A DNA stretch of 35,511 nt from an uncultured Bacillaceae bacterium (GTDB lineage Bacteria; Bacillota; Bacilli; Bacillales; Pradoshiaceae): NCBI GenBank assembly GCA_904501845.1, contig CAJGCH010000001.1, positions 1 to 35,511 of the forward strand, in the 5' to 3' direction. The position numbers were made by a program, and so were the translations under genes. The notes beneath the pieces are model-generated. The model made no database searches, had not been told where the DNA came from, and worked only from the letters and a program-made list of their open reading frames with translations. Positions 19,214-29,812 of the stretch are shown piece after piece (position 1 is the first letter of the stretch; each line of letters starts with the position of its first letter).

Positions 19214-21478
19214 ATGGTAAAAAGAAGCAGAATCGTCGCTTTCTTTCTCATTGTTCTTGTATTAGGGGCAACGATGTTCGGAACGACGGAAAATGTTATG
19301 AAGAAAATCAAGCTGGGCCTTGATCTTCAAGGCGGCTTTGAAGTTTTGTATAAGGTAGAGCCTCTTAAAGAGGGTCAGACAATTGATGATGATACGATGT
19401 CAGCAACTGCCAGCGCGCTCGACCGCCGAATTAATGTTCTTGGAGTGAGTGAGCCCTCTATTACAGTTGAGGACGATAACCGGATCCGCGTTCAGCTTGC
19501 CGGCGTAGAGGATCAGGAAAACGCTCGTGAAATCTTATCCACATCCGCTAACCTGACCTTCCGCGATGTCAATGACAGGGTCATGCTTGACGGAAGCGAC
19601 TTGGAAGAAGGCGGAGCGAGTCAAAGCTATGATGAAACGAATCAGCCTGTTGTCTCCGTGAAGCTGAAGGATGGCGAAAAATTCGGAGAGGTTACGAAGG
19701 AAATCCTGGCAATGGCCCCGAATAATCAGCTTGTTATCTGGCTTGATTTTGAAGAAGGCAAGGATTCCTTTGAAGCGGAAGCGGCAAAGGAAAACCCAAA
19801 ATTCATTTCCGCTCCTAATGTAAACTATCAGATTAATTCTGATGAAGTTATGATTTCAGGAAACTTTACGGTTGAAGAAGCGAAGGAGCTCGCTTCAGTC
19901 CTGAATGCAGGCGCATTGCCGGTTCAGCTTGAAGAGATTTATTCAACATCTGTTGGAGCTTCATTTGGGGAAGAGGCGCTCAATAGCACATTATTTGCTG
20001 GTGTGATCGGCATTTTAGCTATCTTCCTATTTATGATAGCCTATTATCGACTTCCTGGTATCGTAGCGGTTGTCACGCTATCAGCTTATGTGTACCTGAT
20101 CATCCTTGTCTATGACTGGATGAATGCTGTACTGACATTACCGGGTATTGCCGCCCTCATTCTCGGGGTGGGGATGGCCGTTGATGCGAATATTATTACC
20201 AACGAGCGAATCCGTGATGAAATCCGGAAGGGAAGGACCATCAAGGCTGCCTTCAAGGAAGGGAACAAAAACTCCTTGTCCACCATCTTTGATGCTAATT
20301 TAACGACCCTTTTGGCCGCGGTTGTCTTGTTCATCTACGGGACAAGCTCTGTTAAAGGCTTTGCAACGAGCTTAATTGTCAGTATCCTGGTGAGCTTTAT
20401 CACAGCCGTATACGGCACACGTCTTATTATGTGGCTGTGGGTAAACAGTAATTTCCTTGATAAGCGCCCAGGCTGGTTTGGCGTTAAGCAAAAGGATATT
20501 CATGATTTGAATGAATTCAAGAAGGATCAATATTTGCCGACGAAATTTGATAAATGGGATTTCATCAAGCCAGCGAAGAAATTCTTTATCTTCTCCATTA
20601 TTTTGATGCTAATTGGAATCGGCTCCTTATTTGTGAGAAGCATGAATTTAGGTATAGACTTCTCTAGCGGTTCGAGAATCCAAATCACGTCAGATGAAAA
20701 GATTTCCGTAACTGAGATTGAATCAGACCTTGCGGCCAATGAGATAGAGGCACAGGATATCGTCTTGACTGGTGATGATGACAAGTCTGTCGTTGTCAGA
20801 ACGAAGCAAGTATTTGATAAAGATGAAATCGCAGCGCTTGGCACATTTTTCGAGGATAAATACGGACATACACCGAATGTGAACACCGTATCCCCGACAA
20901 TTGGAAAGGAATTGGCGAAAAATGCATTGATAGCGACCGCGATTGCATCAATCGGAATCGTTATCTATGCGACCATTCGTTTCGAATGGAGAATGGCCCT
21001 GCCGTCCTTGCTTGCGCTCTTGCATGACGCTTTTATGATTATTATGGTCTTCAGTTTGTTCCAAATCGAGGTGGATTTAACCTTTATCGCGGCCGTGCTG
21101 ACGATTATCGGTTACTCCATTAATGATACAATCGTGACCTTTGACCGTATTCGTGAAAATATGCGGCAAAAGAAACGCATTAAGACACAGGCTGAGCTTA
21201 ATGAAATCGTCAATATCAGTATAAGGCAAACGATGGTCCGCTCCTTTAATACCGTCATCACGGTGCTTGTCGTTGTCATCGCTATGATGATCTTTGGCAG
21301 TGAAGCCATCTGGAACTTCAATTTCGCCTTGTTGATTGGTCTCATTTCAGGCATATACTCCTCCGTCTTACTTGCGGCGCCATTGTATGCCATCTTAAAA
21401 GGCCGAGAACTGAAACAAAAAGGAACATTGAAAACGTACAAGGAAAAACGAGTCTCAAGCGATCAGCCACAAGTATAA
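19214..21478 (+). CDS. secDF: Protein translocase subunit SecDF (fused)
   Basis: LGLDLQGG, GMAVDAN, GIDFSSG, GYSINDTIV. Start MVKRSRI at 19214 after AGGAGG. Confidence 0.98.
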   Translation: MVKRSRIVAFFLIVLVLGATMFGTTENVMKKIKLGLDLQGGFEVLYKVEPLKEGQTIDDDTMSATASALDRRINVLGVSEPSITVEDDNRIRVQLAGVEDQENAREILSTSANLTFRDVNDRVMLDGSDLEEGGASQSYDETNQPVVSVKLKDGEKFGEVTKEILAMAPNNQLVIWLDFEEGKDSFEAEAAKENPKFISAPNVNYQINSDEVMISGNFTVEEAKELASVLNAGALPVQLEEIYSTSVGASFGEEALNSTLFAGVIGILAIFLFMIAYYRLPGIVAVVTLSAYVYLIILVYDWMNAVLTLPGIAALILGVGMAVDANIITNERIRDEIRKGRTIKAAFKEGNKNSLSTIFDANLTTLLAAVVLFIYGTSSVKGFATSLIVSILVSFITAVYGTRLIMWLWVNSNFLDKRPGWFGVKQKDIHDLNEFKKDQYLPTKFDKWDFIKPAKKFFIFSIILMLIGIGSLFVRSMNLGIDFSSGSRIQITSDEKISVTEIESDLAANEIEAQDIVLTGDDDKSVVVRTKQVFDKDEIAALGTFFEDKYGHTPNVNTVSPTIGKELAKNALIATAIASIGIVIYATIRFEWRMALPSLLALLHDAFMIIMVFSLFQIEVDLTFIAAVLTIIGYSINDTIVTFDRIRENMRQKKRIKTQAELNEIVNISIRQTMVRSFNTVITVLVVVIAMMIFGSEAIWNFNFALLIGLISGIYSSVLLAAPLYAILKGRELKQKGTLKTYKEKRVSSDQPQV

Positions 21479-21491
21479 GGATGAAATTCCG

Positions 21492-21523
21492 AAGGGCAGT
21501 CCGAAAAAACGGGCTGCCTTTTT
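21492..21523 (+). terminator. Rho-independent terminator after secDF
   Basis: AAGGGCAGTCCG-AAAAAA-CGGGCTGCCTTTTT. Confidence 0.88.
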
Positions 21524-21618
21524 ATCTGTGAATGAAATGTCTATTTAATCGTGAAAAGGGAATAGATAAATGCCATCAATAAAATTTCTGGAATGTTAGG
21601 ATGAAAGGGTGCTTTGAT

Positions 21619-21882
21619 ATGAAGAAATTGCAATGGCTTGTCATACTTGGAATCGTATTCACCGTAATTGTGGTGGTCTTTGCCGTTGTGAATGTGGATG
21701 ATGTGGCAGTGAATTATGTTTTTGGAACGGCGCATTGGCCTCTTATTCTCGTGATTTTGGGCTCCGTCGTGATGGGCGGCGCGATTGTTGGATCTGCGCT
21801 TGGGGTCAGGATTCTTCACCTATCCAAAGAGCTGAAAAAGCTAAGGAAGGAAACGTATCGGGAAGAAGGACAGCTCGAATAG
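21619..21882 (+). CDS. yrvD: LapA-domain (YrvD-like) small membrane protein
   Basis: VFAVVNVDDVAVNYVFG...WPLILVILGS, two TM helices, charged tail. Confidence 0.8.
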   Translation: MKKLQWLVILGIVFTVIVVVFAVVNVDDVAVNYVFGTAHWPLILVILGSVVMGGAIVGSALGVRILHLSKELKKLRKETYREEGQLE

Positions 21883-21903
21883 GGAAAATTTTATGCTCTT
21901 GCA

Positions 21904-21932
21904 TTGAACCTTTGACATTATTTTTTTATAAT
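21904..21932 (+). promoter_or_regulatory. sigmaA promoter of recJ-apt
   Basis: TTGAAC-17 bp-TATAAT. Confidence 0.7.
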
Positions 21933-21955
21933 AGGTAAGTCAGAGGGGTGACGTA

Positions 21956-24316
21956 ATGTTACAATCAAAAACGAGATGGCTGATAAAAAAAGCCGATGAA
22001 ACGATTATCAATACATTAATGAATGAGCTCAATCAGCCGCGGATTGTGGCTGCGCTCTTGGTCAACAGAGGTATAAAGACCGTAGATGCTGCACGGTCTT
22101 TTTTATATGCCGCAGAACAGGAATTCTATGACCCGTTTCTTCTTTCCGGGATGGAAGAGGCTGTCAAACGGATTGTCAGGGCTGTCAAAAACGATGAAAA
22201 AATAACGATATACGGTGATTATGATGCCGATGGTGTCAGCAGTACGACCGTTTTGAAGCTTGCATTGAATCAGCTTGGCGCAGAGCAGGTTGATTGGTAT
22301 ATTCCTAATCGCTTCACAGAAGGATATGGCCCAAATAAGGAAGCCTTCACTAAAATCAAAGAAAAGGGGACATCCCTTTTGATTACGGTTGACTGCGGAA
22401 TCTCTGCCATAGAAGAAGCTCAATTGGCCAAGGATCTCGGCATGGACTACATCGTGACGGATCACCATGAACCAGGTCCGGTGCTGCCGGAGGCGTTAGC
22501 GATTCTTCATCCGAAAAAGCCGGGTGAGACGTATCCGTTTTCAGAGCTTGCCGGAGCCGGTGTGGCGATGAAGCTTGCACATGCCCTTTTAGGGGAACTG
22601 CCTGAAGAGCTGATTGGTATCGCGGCGATTGGCACGATTGCCGACCTTGTTCCGCTTCATGACGAGAATCGCCTCATTGCCCTGAGAGGATTACGGGCAT
22701 TGAAGAAGACGAGAAGGCCGGGATTGCTAGCCTTATACAAAAAGGCCGGCATCGCGATGGACAGCTTTAATGAGGATTCGATTGGCTTCGGAATTGCTCC
22801 TAGAATCAATGCGGTTGGCCGCTTGGAAGATGCGGATCCTGCTGTTGAGCTGCTCCTTACCAATGATCCGGCAGAAGCCGAACAAATTGCAGAGGAAATT
22901 GATTTCTTGAACAAGGAGCGTCAATCCATCGTCAAGGAAATTACGCAGGAAGCGATTGCTGAAGTGGAAAGCCGTTTCCCGCTTGAGGATTATCCGGTGC
23001 TTGTAATTGCGAAGGAAGGATGGAATCCGGGAGTTGTCGGTATCGTTGCTAGTAAGCTCGTGGAGAAATATTACCGTCCAACCATCATATTGAGTATAGA
23101 CCGTGAAAAAGGGACGGCGAAGGGTTCAGCCCGAAGCATCCCCGGATTTGATCTCTTTCAGAATCTATCAGTCAATCGGGAGCTTCTCCCTCATTTTGGC
23201 GGGCATCCAATGGCAGCTGGGATGACGCTCCGTATAGAGGATGTGGAGGAGCTTCGCTCACGACTTTGCAGACAGGCGCATGATATCCTTTCGGAGAAGG
23301 ATTTTCAGCCGGTGACAGAAATCGATGGAGTGGTCTCCATTGAGGAGGTCTCGCTGACGCTGATAGGACAAATGGCCAGTCTTGCGCCTTATGGCATGCA
23401 TAATCCGAAACCGCGCATCCTCATTGAGGGAGCGAGCGTGGCGAGTGTGAAAAAAATTGGTGCGGATAAAACGCATTTAAAGCTTGCACTTGAAGAAAAT
23501 GGTGTACAATTAGATAGTATCGGCTTCGGCCTTGGGGAGATTTGTGACCATTTATCCCCCTATGCGAAGGTATCAGCCATTGGTGAACTGGCGGTTAATG
23601 AGTGGAATAATATAAAGAAGCCGCAGCTATTCCTGCAGGATCTTTCCGTTGCCGAGTGGCAGATGTTTGATTGCCGAGGCAATGCAAACTCAGGCATTAA
23701 GCCCGCGTCCATTCCAGAAAAACGCAAGATCATTCTCTTCCGCAAGGAGAGCATGACTTTACTTGCAAATGAGAATGACGGCATTTTCATCGATACCGTT
23801 GAATCTGCAAAGGCAGAGGAGCTTGACGGGTTGAATGTCGCCCTTTTGGACCTTCCAAATGAAAAGGGCATGATTGAAGCTCTCCTTGAGGGGAAAACTC
23901 CGGCTAGGATGTACCTTTATTTCCGAAACAGCGGGGATGATTATTTCAAGGCATTCCCGACGAGAGATCAATTTAAATGGTATTATGCGATGCTGCTCAA
24001 AAAAGGGCCAATGGATTACAAGGATATGTCTGAGAAGATTATGCACTTCAAAGGCTGGCCGAAAGATACGATTGATTTCATGACAAAGGTGTTTTTTGAG
24101 CTGGAATTTGTTACAATAAGAAACGGACTTATTAGTTTAGAGAAGAATAACCCGAAGAGGGATCTGACAGAGTCCGAAACTTATCAAGCACGAAAAGCAC
24201 GAATGGAATTAGAACAGGAATTATTGTATGCCCCATCCAATCAACTATACCAATACTTCAACCAGCAGATTGGATTTCGTGATGATTACAAGGAGGAAAC
24301 AAAGCAATGGATTTAA
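21956..24316 (+). CDS. recJ: Single-stranded DNA exonuclease RecJ with Firmicutes C-terminal domain
   Basis: [31 protein letters not shown]. Confidence 0.98.
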   Translation: MLQSKTRWLIKKADETIINTLMNELNQPRIVAALLVNRGIKTVDAARSFLYAAEQEFYDPFLLSGMEEAVKRIVRAVKNDEKITIYGDYDADGVSSTTVLKLALNQLGAEQVDWYIPNRFTEGYGPNKEAFTKIKEKGTSLLITVDCGISAIEEAQLAKDLGMDYIVTDHHEPGPVLPEALAILHPKKPGETYPFSELAGAGVAMKLAHALLGELPEELIGIAAIGTIADLVPLHDENRLIALRGLRALKKTRRPGLLALYKKAGIAMDSFNEDSIGFGIAPRINAVGRLEDADPAVELLLTNDPAEAEQIAEEIDFLNKERQSIVKEITQEAIAEVESRFPLEDYPVLVIAKEGWNPGVVGIVASKLVEKYYRPTIILSIDREKGTAKGSARSIPGFDLFQNLSVNRELLPHFGGHPMAAGMTLRIEDVEELRSRLCRQAHDILSEKDFQPVTEIDGVVSIEEVSLTLIGQMASLAPYGMHNPKPRILIEGASVASVKKIGADKTHLKLALEENGVQLDSIGFGLGEICDHLSPYAKVSAIGELAVNEWNNIKKPQLFLQDLSVAEWQMFDCRGNANSGIKPASIPEKRKIILFRKESMTLLANENDGIFIDTVESAKAEELDGLNVALLDLPNEKGMIEALLEGKTPARMYLYFRNSGDDYFKAFPTRDQFKWYYAMLLKKGPMDYKDMSEKIMHFKGWPKDTIDFMTKVFFELEFVTIRNGLISLEKNNPKRDLTESETYQARKARMELEQELLYAPSNQLYQYFNQQIGFRDDYKEETKQWI

Positions 24317-24819
24317 AGAACTATATAGAAATCGTAGAGGACTGGCCAAAACCAGGTATTAAATTTAAGGATATTACTCCTCTTATGGCAAACGGCACCG
24401 CCTATAAAGAGGCGACAGATAAGATTGTCGAATATGCCAAAGAAAAAGAAATCGATATTATTGTTGGGCCGGAAGCTCGCGGATTCATCATCGGATGCCC
24501 GGTTGCTTACGCAATGGGGATTGGCTTTGCTCCTGTACGGAAGGAAGGAAAGCTTCCAAGGGAAACAATTAAAGTTCAATATGGATTGGAGTATGGGAGT
24601 GATGTCCTTACTCTTCATAAAGATGCTATTAAACCTGGACAGCGTGTACTCATCACGGATGACCTTCTGGCGACAGGCGGTACGATGGATGCGACAATCA
24701 AGCTTGTTGAACAGCTTGGTGGAGTCGTAGCAGGGCTCGCGTTCCTAGTTGAGTTGTCATATCTTGAGGGCCGTGAAAAACTTAAAGGCTATGATATCCT
24801 CACATTAATGGAATATTAA
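24307..24819 (+). CDS. apt: Adenine phosphoribosyltransferase
   Basis: [32 protein letters not shown]. Confidence 0.98.
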   Translation: MDLKNYIEIVEDWPKPGIKFKDITPLMANGTAYKEATDKIVEYAKEKEIDIIVGPEARGFIIGCPVAYAMGIGFAPVRKEGKLPRETIKVQYGLEYGSDVLTLHKDAIKPGQRVLITDDLLATGGTMDATIKLVEQLGGVVAGLAFLVELSYLEGREKLKGYDILTLMEY

Positions 24820-24831
24820 GCATATATTAAC

Positions 24832-24860
24832 AGGCGTTCTCGCGATAGAACGCCTTTTCT
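24832..24860 (+). terminator. Terminator after apt
   Basis: AGGCGTTCT-CGCGAT-AGAACGCCT followed by TTTCT. Confidence 0.75.
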
Positions 24861-24912
24861 CATAGAGAAAGCGGTTTATTGACGAAACTATTGTCTTAAT
24901 TGCATTCGTTAC

Positions 24913-24941
24913 TTTACAAGAAAACTTTTTTTGAAGATAAT
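24913..24941 (+). promoter_or_regulatory. Putative sigmaA promoter of rel-dtd
   Basis: TTTACA-17 bp-GATAAT. Confidence 0.55.
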
Positions 24942-25038
24942 AGATACAATCCTCATTTTTAATGCAAAAACCTGAAAAGGTTTTTTTATATAGAAAGAAA
25001 AGGCAAAAACGTGGAAATACGGAGTAAAAGGTGATCTC

Positions 25039-27234
25039 ATGGCAAATGAACAAATATATACGGCTGAGCAAGTATTTGACAAAGCAAGCAACTATATGAC
25101 CGAAGAAGAAGTGGCTTTTTTAGAGAAAGCTTACGAATTCGCAAAGGAAGCTCATAAGGAACAGTTCCGTAAATCGGGAGAGCCTTATATTATTCATCCT
25201 GTGCAGGTGGCAGCGATTCTTGCGGACCTTCAAATGGACACATTCACGGTCGCAGGCGGCTTCTTGCATGATGTCGTGGAAGACACGGATGTGACGCTTG
25301 AGGACATCACGCGCATCTTTAATGAGGATGTGGCCCTTCTCGTCGATGGAGTGACAAAGCTCGGTAAGATTAAGTACAAATCAAAAGAAGAGCAGCAGGC
25401 GGAAAATCACAGGAAAATGTTTATTGCCATGGCGAAGGACATTCGTGTCATCATGATTAAGCTTGCTGACAGGCTACATAATATGCGGACATTAAAGCAT
25501 CTGCCTGTTGAGAAGCAACGCCGTATTGCCAATGAAACATTAGAGATTTTTGCTCCGCTTGCCCATCGTCTCGGAATCTCCACGATTAAATGGGAGCTAG
25601 AGGATACTGCTCTGCGCTATTTAAACCCTCAGCAGTATTATCGAATCGTTAATCTGATGAAGAAAAAGCGCGCTGAGCGTGAAGAGTATTTGGCTGATGT
25701 CATTTCTGAAATGAAAAATAAGCTCGGAGAAGTATCAATCCATGCAGATATTTTCGGCAGACCGAAGCATATTTATAGCATCTATCGGAAAATGGTCCTT
25801 CAAAAGAAGCAATTTGAGGAAATTTATGACCTGCTTGCTGTTCGGGTAATCGTGAACAGCATTAAGGATTGTTACGCGGTTCTCGGTATTATCCATACAT
25901 GCTGGAAGCCGATGCCGGGACGTTTCAAAGACTATATTGCCATGCCGAAAGCCAATATGTACCAGTCTCTCCATACGACCATTATCGGACCTAAGGGTGA
26001 GCCGCTCGAAGTGCAAATCAGAACGGTTGAGATGCACCGGACAGCGGAATTTGGGATTGCTGCCCATTGGGCTTATAAAGAGGGTAAGGACCTTACCTCT
26101 ACACAGAGAATGGATAAGAAGCTCGACTGGTTTAGGCAAATCGTTGAATTCCAGGACGTATCGACTAATGCTGAGGAATTCATGGAATCCCTTAAGCTTG
26201 ATTTATTTGCCGATATGGTTTTTGTATTCACGCCAAAAGGGGATGTATTTGAGCTTCCAATCGGGTCAGTGCCAATTGATTTCGCTTATCGAATTCACTC
26301 GGAAATCGGCAACCAGACGATTGGCGCGAAGGTCAACGGCAAGATGGTGACCCTTGATTATGTTTTGAAAACAGGAGATATCATCGAGATTTTAACGTCT
26401 AAGCATTCATATGGACCAAGCCAAGATTGGCTGAAGCTTGCGAAGACATCACAGGCAAGGAATAAAATACGCCAATTCTTCAAGAAGCAGCGACGCGAGG
26501 AAAATATCGAAAAAGGCAAGGAGCTGGTTGAGAAAGAACTGAAGGCTCTGGACTTTGATATAAAGGATGTTTACACTCCTGAAAATCTGCAAAAGGTAGC
26601 GGAGAAATTCAACTTCGCCAATGAAGAAGATATGTATGCTGCAGTTGGCTATAATGGAATCACCGCTGCGCAAATCGCAACCAGACTTACGGATAAGCTC
26701 CGCAAAAAGAGGGAGAAGGAGCAAGAGGTCAGCCTGCTTGATGCAGTGAGCGAGCTTCGTATGATTCCGACAACGAAGAAGAAGGATTCCGGCGTCCGGG
26801 TGAAGGGCATCGATAATATGCTTATCCGCCTTTCACGCTGCTGCAACCCAGTGCCTGGAGATGAGATTGTTGGCTATATCACAAAAGGGCGTGGGGTCTC
26901 AGTCCACCGCGCGGACTGCATCAATGTGCTGGATGAAGACAGCAAGGAGAGAATCATCCCGGTTGAGTGGGAAAGCAGCATGTCAGACCGTAAAGAATAT
27001 AATGTGGACATTGAAATCAGCGGGTTCGATCGCAACGGTCTCTTAAATGAAGTGCTTCAGGCTGTCAGTGAGACGAAAACAAACATCACCGCTGTTTCCG
27101 GACGTACAGACCGCAACAAAAGCGCGGCGATTACCATGTCGATTTCTATCTATAATGTGTCTCACTTACAGAAGGTCGTCGATCGAATTAAGCAAATTCC
27201 GGATATTTATTCCGTAAGAAGGCTGATGAGTTAG
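25039..27234 (+). CDS. rel: Bifunctional (p)ppGpp synthetase/hydrolase Rel
   Basis: HDVVED hydrolase, RFKD/YQSLHT/EVQIRT synthetase, TGS, SRCCNP zinc finger, ACT domains. Confidence 0.99.
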   Translation: MANEQIYTAEQVFDKASNYMTEEEVAFLEKAYEFAKEAHKEQFRKSGEPYIIHPVQVAAILADLQMDTFTVAGGFLHDVVEDTDVTLEDITRIFNEDVALLVDGVTKLGKIKYKSKEEQQAENHRKMFIAMAKDIRVIMIKLADRLHNMRTLKHLPVEKQRRIANETLEIFAPLAHRLGISTIKWELEDTALRYLNPQQYYRIVNLMKKKRAEREEYLADVISEMKNKLGEVSIHADIFGRPKHIYSIYRKMVLQKKQFEEIYDLLAVRVIVNSIKDCYAVLGIIHTCWKPMPGRFKDYIAMPKANMYQSLHTTIIGPKGEPLEVQIRTVEMHRTAEFGIAAHWAYKEGKDLTSTQRMDKKLDWFRQIVEFQDVSTNAEEFMESLKLDLFADMVFVFTPKGDVFELPIGSVPIDFAYRIHSEIGNQTIGAKVNGKMVTLDYVLKTGDIIEILTSKHSYGPSQDWLKLAKTSQARNKIRQFFKKQRREENIEKGKELVEKELKALDFDIKDVYTPENLQKVAEKFNFANEEDMYAAVGYNGITAAQIATRLTDKLRKKREKEQEVSLLDAVSELRMIPTTKKKDSGVRVKGIDNMLIRLSRCCNPVPGDEIVGYITKGRGVSVHRADCINVLDEDSKERIIPVEWESSMSDRKEYNVDIEISGFDRNGLLNEVLQAVSETKTNITAVSGRTDRNKSAAITMSISIYNVSHLQKVVDRIKQIPDIYSVRRLMS

Positions 27235-27246
27235 GAGTTTTGATAC

Positions 27247-27687
27247 ATGAAAGTCGTTTTGCAGCGCTCGAAGGAAGCTTCAGTAACAGTTTCCGGCAAA
27301 GTTGTCGGCGAGATCTCACATGGGTTTGTCCTCTTGGTTGGAGTCACTCATGAGGACACCTTGGATGATTGCCGCTATCTAGCTGATAAAATCGTACATT
27401 TACGCGTTTTTGAAGATGAGGATGGTAAGATGAATCATTCTCTTCTAGACGTGAAGGGTGAAATTTTGTCTGTTTCGCAATTTACGCTGTATGGGGACTG
27501 CCGTAAAGGCCGCCGCCCTAATTTCATGGCTGCCGCGAAACCCGATATCGCGGAAGAGCTGTACGATTATTTCAATGAATGTTTAAGAGAGAAAGGCGTA
27601 TCGGTCGCAACAGGCTCCTTTGGAGCCATGATGGATGTTGCGCTCATCAATGATGGACCCGTAACCCTAATTTTGGAGAGCAAATAA
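27247..27687 (+). CDS. dtd: D-aminoacyl-tRNA deacylase
   Basis: SQFTL and NDGPVT motifs. Confidence 0.98.
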   Translation: MKVVLQRSKEASVTVSGKVVGEISHGFVLLVGVTHEDTLDDCRYLADKIVHLRVFEDEDGKMNHSLLDVKGEILSVSQFTLYGDCRKGRRPNFMAAAKPDIAEELYDYFNECLREKGVSVATGSFGAMMDVALINDGPVTLILESK

Positions 27688-27727
27688 AAAGGAGCAAAGG
27701 CAATTAAGCCTTTGCTTCTTTTATTTT
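27686..27727. terminator. Bidirectional terminator between dtd and yrvJ
   Basis: AAAAAGGAGCAAAGGC-AATTAA-GCCTTTGCTTCTTTT. Confidence 0.85.
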
Positions 27728-29421
27728 GAATTCAAAAAGCTCTTGAGTCCGTTTAATAGCCCGTCTGTGACTGTTTCTTGGTAACGGGAGGTGTGAAGGA
27801 GCGATTCTTCGCTCGGATTGCTGATATAGCCTAATTCCACAAGAACGGCTGGCTGCTTGTTTTCGCGCAGGACACGAAGGCTCGCTTGCCTGATTCCCCT
27901 GTTTGTTATAGGGTTGTTTTTCAGCAGATGACGCTGGATATGTGAAGCAAGCTCTTGCTGTTGATCCTGTGTGTAATATGTCGTAACCCCTCCAGCTCCC
28001 GTATCGGTTGTGCTGTCATAATGGATGCTAATAAAAGCATCGGCCGACTGCTGGTTGGACATGAGCGCCCGGTCGCTTAAGGTGATATATTGATCCCTGG
28101 TGCGCGTAAGCAAAACGCTGGCGCCTTCCTGTTTTAATTTTGATGAGAGCAGGAGGGCTGTGCGAAGGGTCAGCTGCTTTTCGAAATGTCCGCTTGTGCC
28201 GATGGCACCGCTGTCCGTGCCGCCGTGTCCGGCATCGAGAACAATCAATTTCCCCGCTAATGTACCGCCCTCATTAAATGCCGGTTGAACATCGGATTCC
28301 TCCGGGGTTAGGAGCCAGCCGGCAATATAGCCGGTGCTGCCATCAGGCATCTGAATGAGAGCCCAATCATCCTCCATGCCGATAAATGGATAGGATTCCC
28401 CCTTGGAGGCAAGCTTGGCGATTGGGTAATCCGTTCCTGGGCCGGTTCGTATATTGATTCTGTCTTGCGAGATAGTGATGCGTTCGCCTTTTTCCTTTTT
28501 TACATCCTTGTTTGTCTGCTCTTCTAATGGCTTAGCGTACCATGAGGCGATCCAGCCTTTTTGCCCATCCTCAAGCTTAATCTCATACCATCTGTCATCT
28601 TGACTTACAACCTCAAATGTATTTCCTTTCTTTACAGAGCCAATTACGCTGGCGCCTGCTTTGGCAGAGGAGCGGACATTTAAGGAGGAAGCGGTAATCT
28701 CGATATTTAGCTGCTTAGCAGATGAATGATTTCTTTTTTCTGTAATATAGTGACTGCTAACCCAATAGGATTGCCCCTTATACTGAATGTTTGTCCATCC
28801 GTTTTCCTCTTTTATGATTTCTGCAGAGGTGCCTTTTTTGATTTTCCCGAGAATTTCAGCGTTTACGGAAGGCGCGCTTCTAAGATGAACTGAGTCAGCG
28901 GTGATTCTGCCGTCAGAGAGGTCTTGGGAGTTTGACCGGATATACTTCTCAGAAATAAACCCATCCCCAGAGGTCGTTTTGATTTCAATCCATGAGCCTG
29001 ACTGACCGATGATCTCCACCTCTGTGTCCTTTTGGAGAATGCTGACAACAGGATAATTGGTTCCAGGACCTTTGCGAACCCTGAGTCCGTCCGCTGTCGT
29101 ATATCCAGCAGATGGGGCAATACCTTTCTTGTCGCCGCTGTCTTTTTCTGAGGAAACAAGCCATTCTGCGACCCATCCTTCCTTCTTATCATTTACCTGG
29201 ATCTTAATCCATTCTCCCTCCCGGCTGATAATCTTAAAACGGTCACCTTCCTCTACTTTGGCAATGATGGGATAGTTAAGTCCTGCCCCTTCACGAACAT
29301 TGGTGAGCCCCTCTTCTATGATGACTTCATCCGAATCAGCGTGTAGTGTCGGAGTGAAAATGGATTGTGACAAGATAAAGGCCAAGGCCAACAGCCCCGT
29401 CTTGCGTTTCATCTTTTTCAT
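27721..29421 (-). CDS. yrvJ: Secreted N-acetylmuramoyl-L-alanine amidase with five SH3b repeats
   Basis: Signal peptide, five NVR.GPG...W...GW-type SH3b repeats, Amidase_3 motifs LDAGHGG, EK, SIH, VELG. Confidence 0.9.
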   Translation of the reverse strand: MKKMKRKTGLLALAFILSQSIFTPTLHADSDEVIIEEGLTNVREGAGLNYPIIAKVEEGDRFKIISREGEWIKIQVNDKKEGWVAEWLVSSEKDSGDKKGIAPSAGYTTADGLRVRKGPGTNYPVVSILQKDTEVEIIGQSGSWIEIKTTSGDGFISEKYIRSNSQDLSDGRITADSVHLRSAPSVNAEILGKIKKGTSAEIIKEENGWTNIQYKGQSYWVSSHYITEKRNHSSAKQLNIEITASSLNVRSSAKAGASVIGSVKKGNTFEVVSQDDRWYEIKLEDGQKGWIASWYAKPLEEQTNKDVKKEKGERITISQDRINIRTGPGTDYPIAKLASKGESYPFIGMEDDWALIQMPDGSTGYIAGWLLTPEESDVQPAFNEGGTLAGKLIVLDAGHGGTDSGAIGTSGHFEKQLTLRTALLLSSKLKQEGASVLLTRTRDQYITLSDRALMSNQQSADAFISIHYDSTTDTGAGGVTTYYTQDQQQELASHIQRHLLKNNPITNRGIRQASLRVLRENKQPAVLVELGYISNPSEESLLHTSRYQETVTDGLLNGLKSFLNSK

Positions 29422-29574
29422 CTGCGGTCATCCTCTCTTTTTGGTTTACTTGATTTCAGTCGTATATAAGAAATAGTCATTTTCTTAAAATCGTTTGAAA
29501 GGTTCACTGGCTTTTCGGGAATACTGACTCTAAAGCTGCGAAAAATTGATATAACGATTAAGGAGTGCGTATAG

Positions 29575-29760
29575 ATGACAAGACATAGCGATAAAGCCTT
29601 TTTGGCGCAACAAGTGGATAATCAGCTCTTTGGTGTGGATTTTCATGATTTTCTGGTGAAGGAACAGCATAATTCCATGGTTGAGCTTGCTTCTGAATTT
29701 GGATTATCAGTCCGTGATGTAAAACATTTAAAAAAGAAATTAGGACGCTCTAAAGGTTGA
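29575..29760 (+). CDS. yrzK: Small conserved protein YrzK-like
   Basis: FGVDFHDF...MVELASEFGLSVRDVKHLKKKL. RBS AAGGAG. Located between yrvJ and hisS. Confidence 0.75.
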   Translation: MTRHSDKAFLAQQVDNQLFGVDFHDFLVKEQHNSMVELASEFGLSVRDVKHLKKKLGRSKG

Positions 29761-29785
29761 CAAAGGAACGTTTCCTTCGTAATAT
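29757..29785 (+). promoter_or_regulatory. sigmaA promoter of the T-box-hisS-aspS transcript
   Basis: TTGACA-17 bp-TAATAT. Confidence 0.75.
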
Positions 29786-29812
29786 TAATTAAATAAAAAT
29801 ACATATTTCATA

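Noticed and set aside
21912..21932. TTGACA and TATAAT upstream of recJ as a pair
   Set aside because: Only 9 bp apart; TTGAAC at 21904 gives the correct 17-bp spacing.
29493..29526. GGGAATACT as a sigmaB/sigmaF/sigmaH -10 upstream of yrzK
   Set aside because: No matching -35 at the proper spacing for any of these sigma factors.
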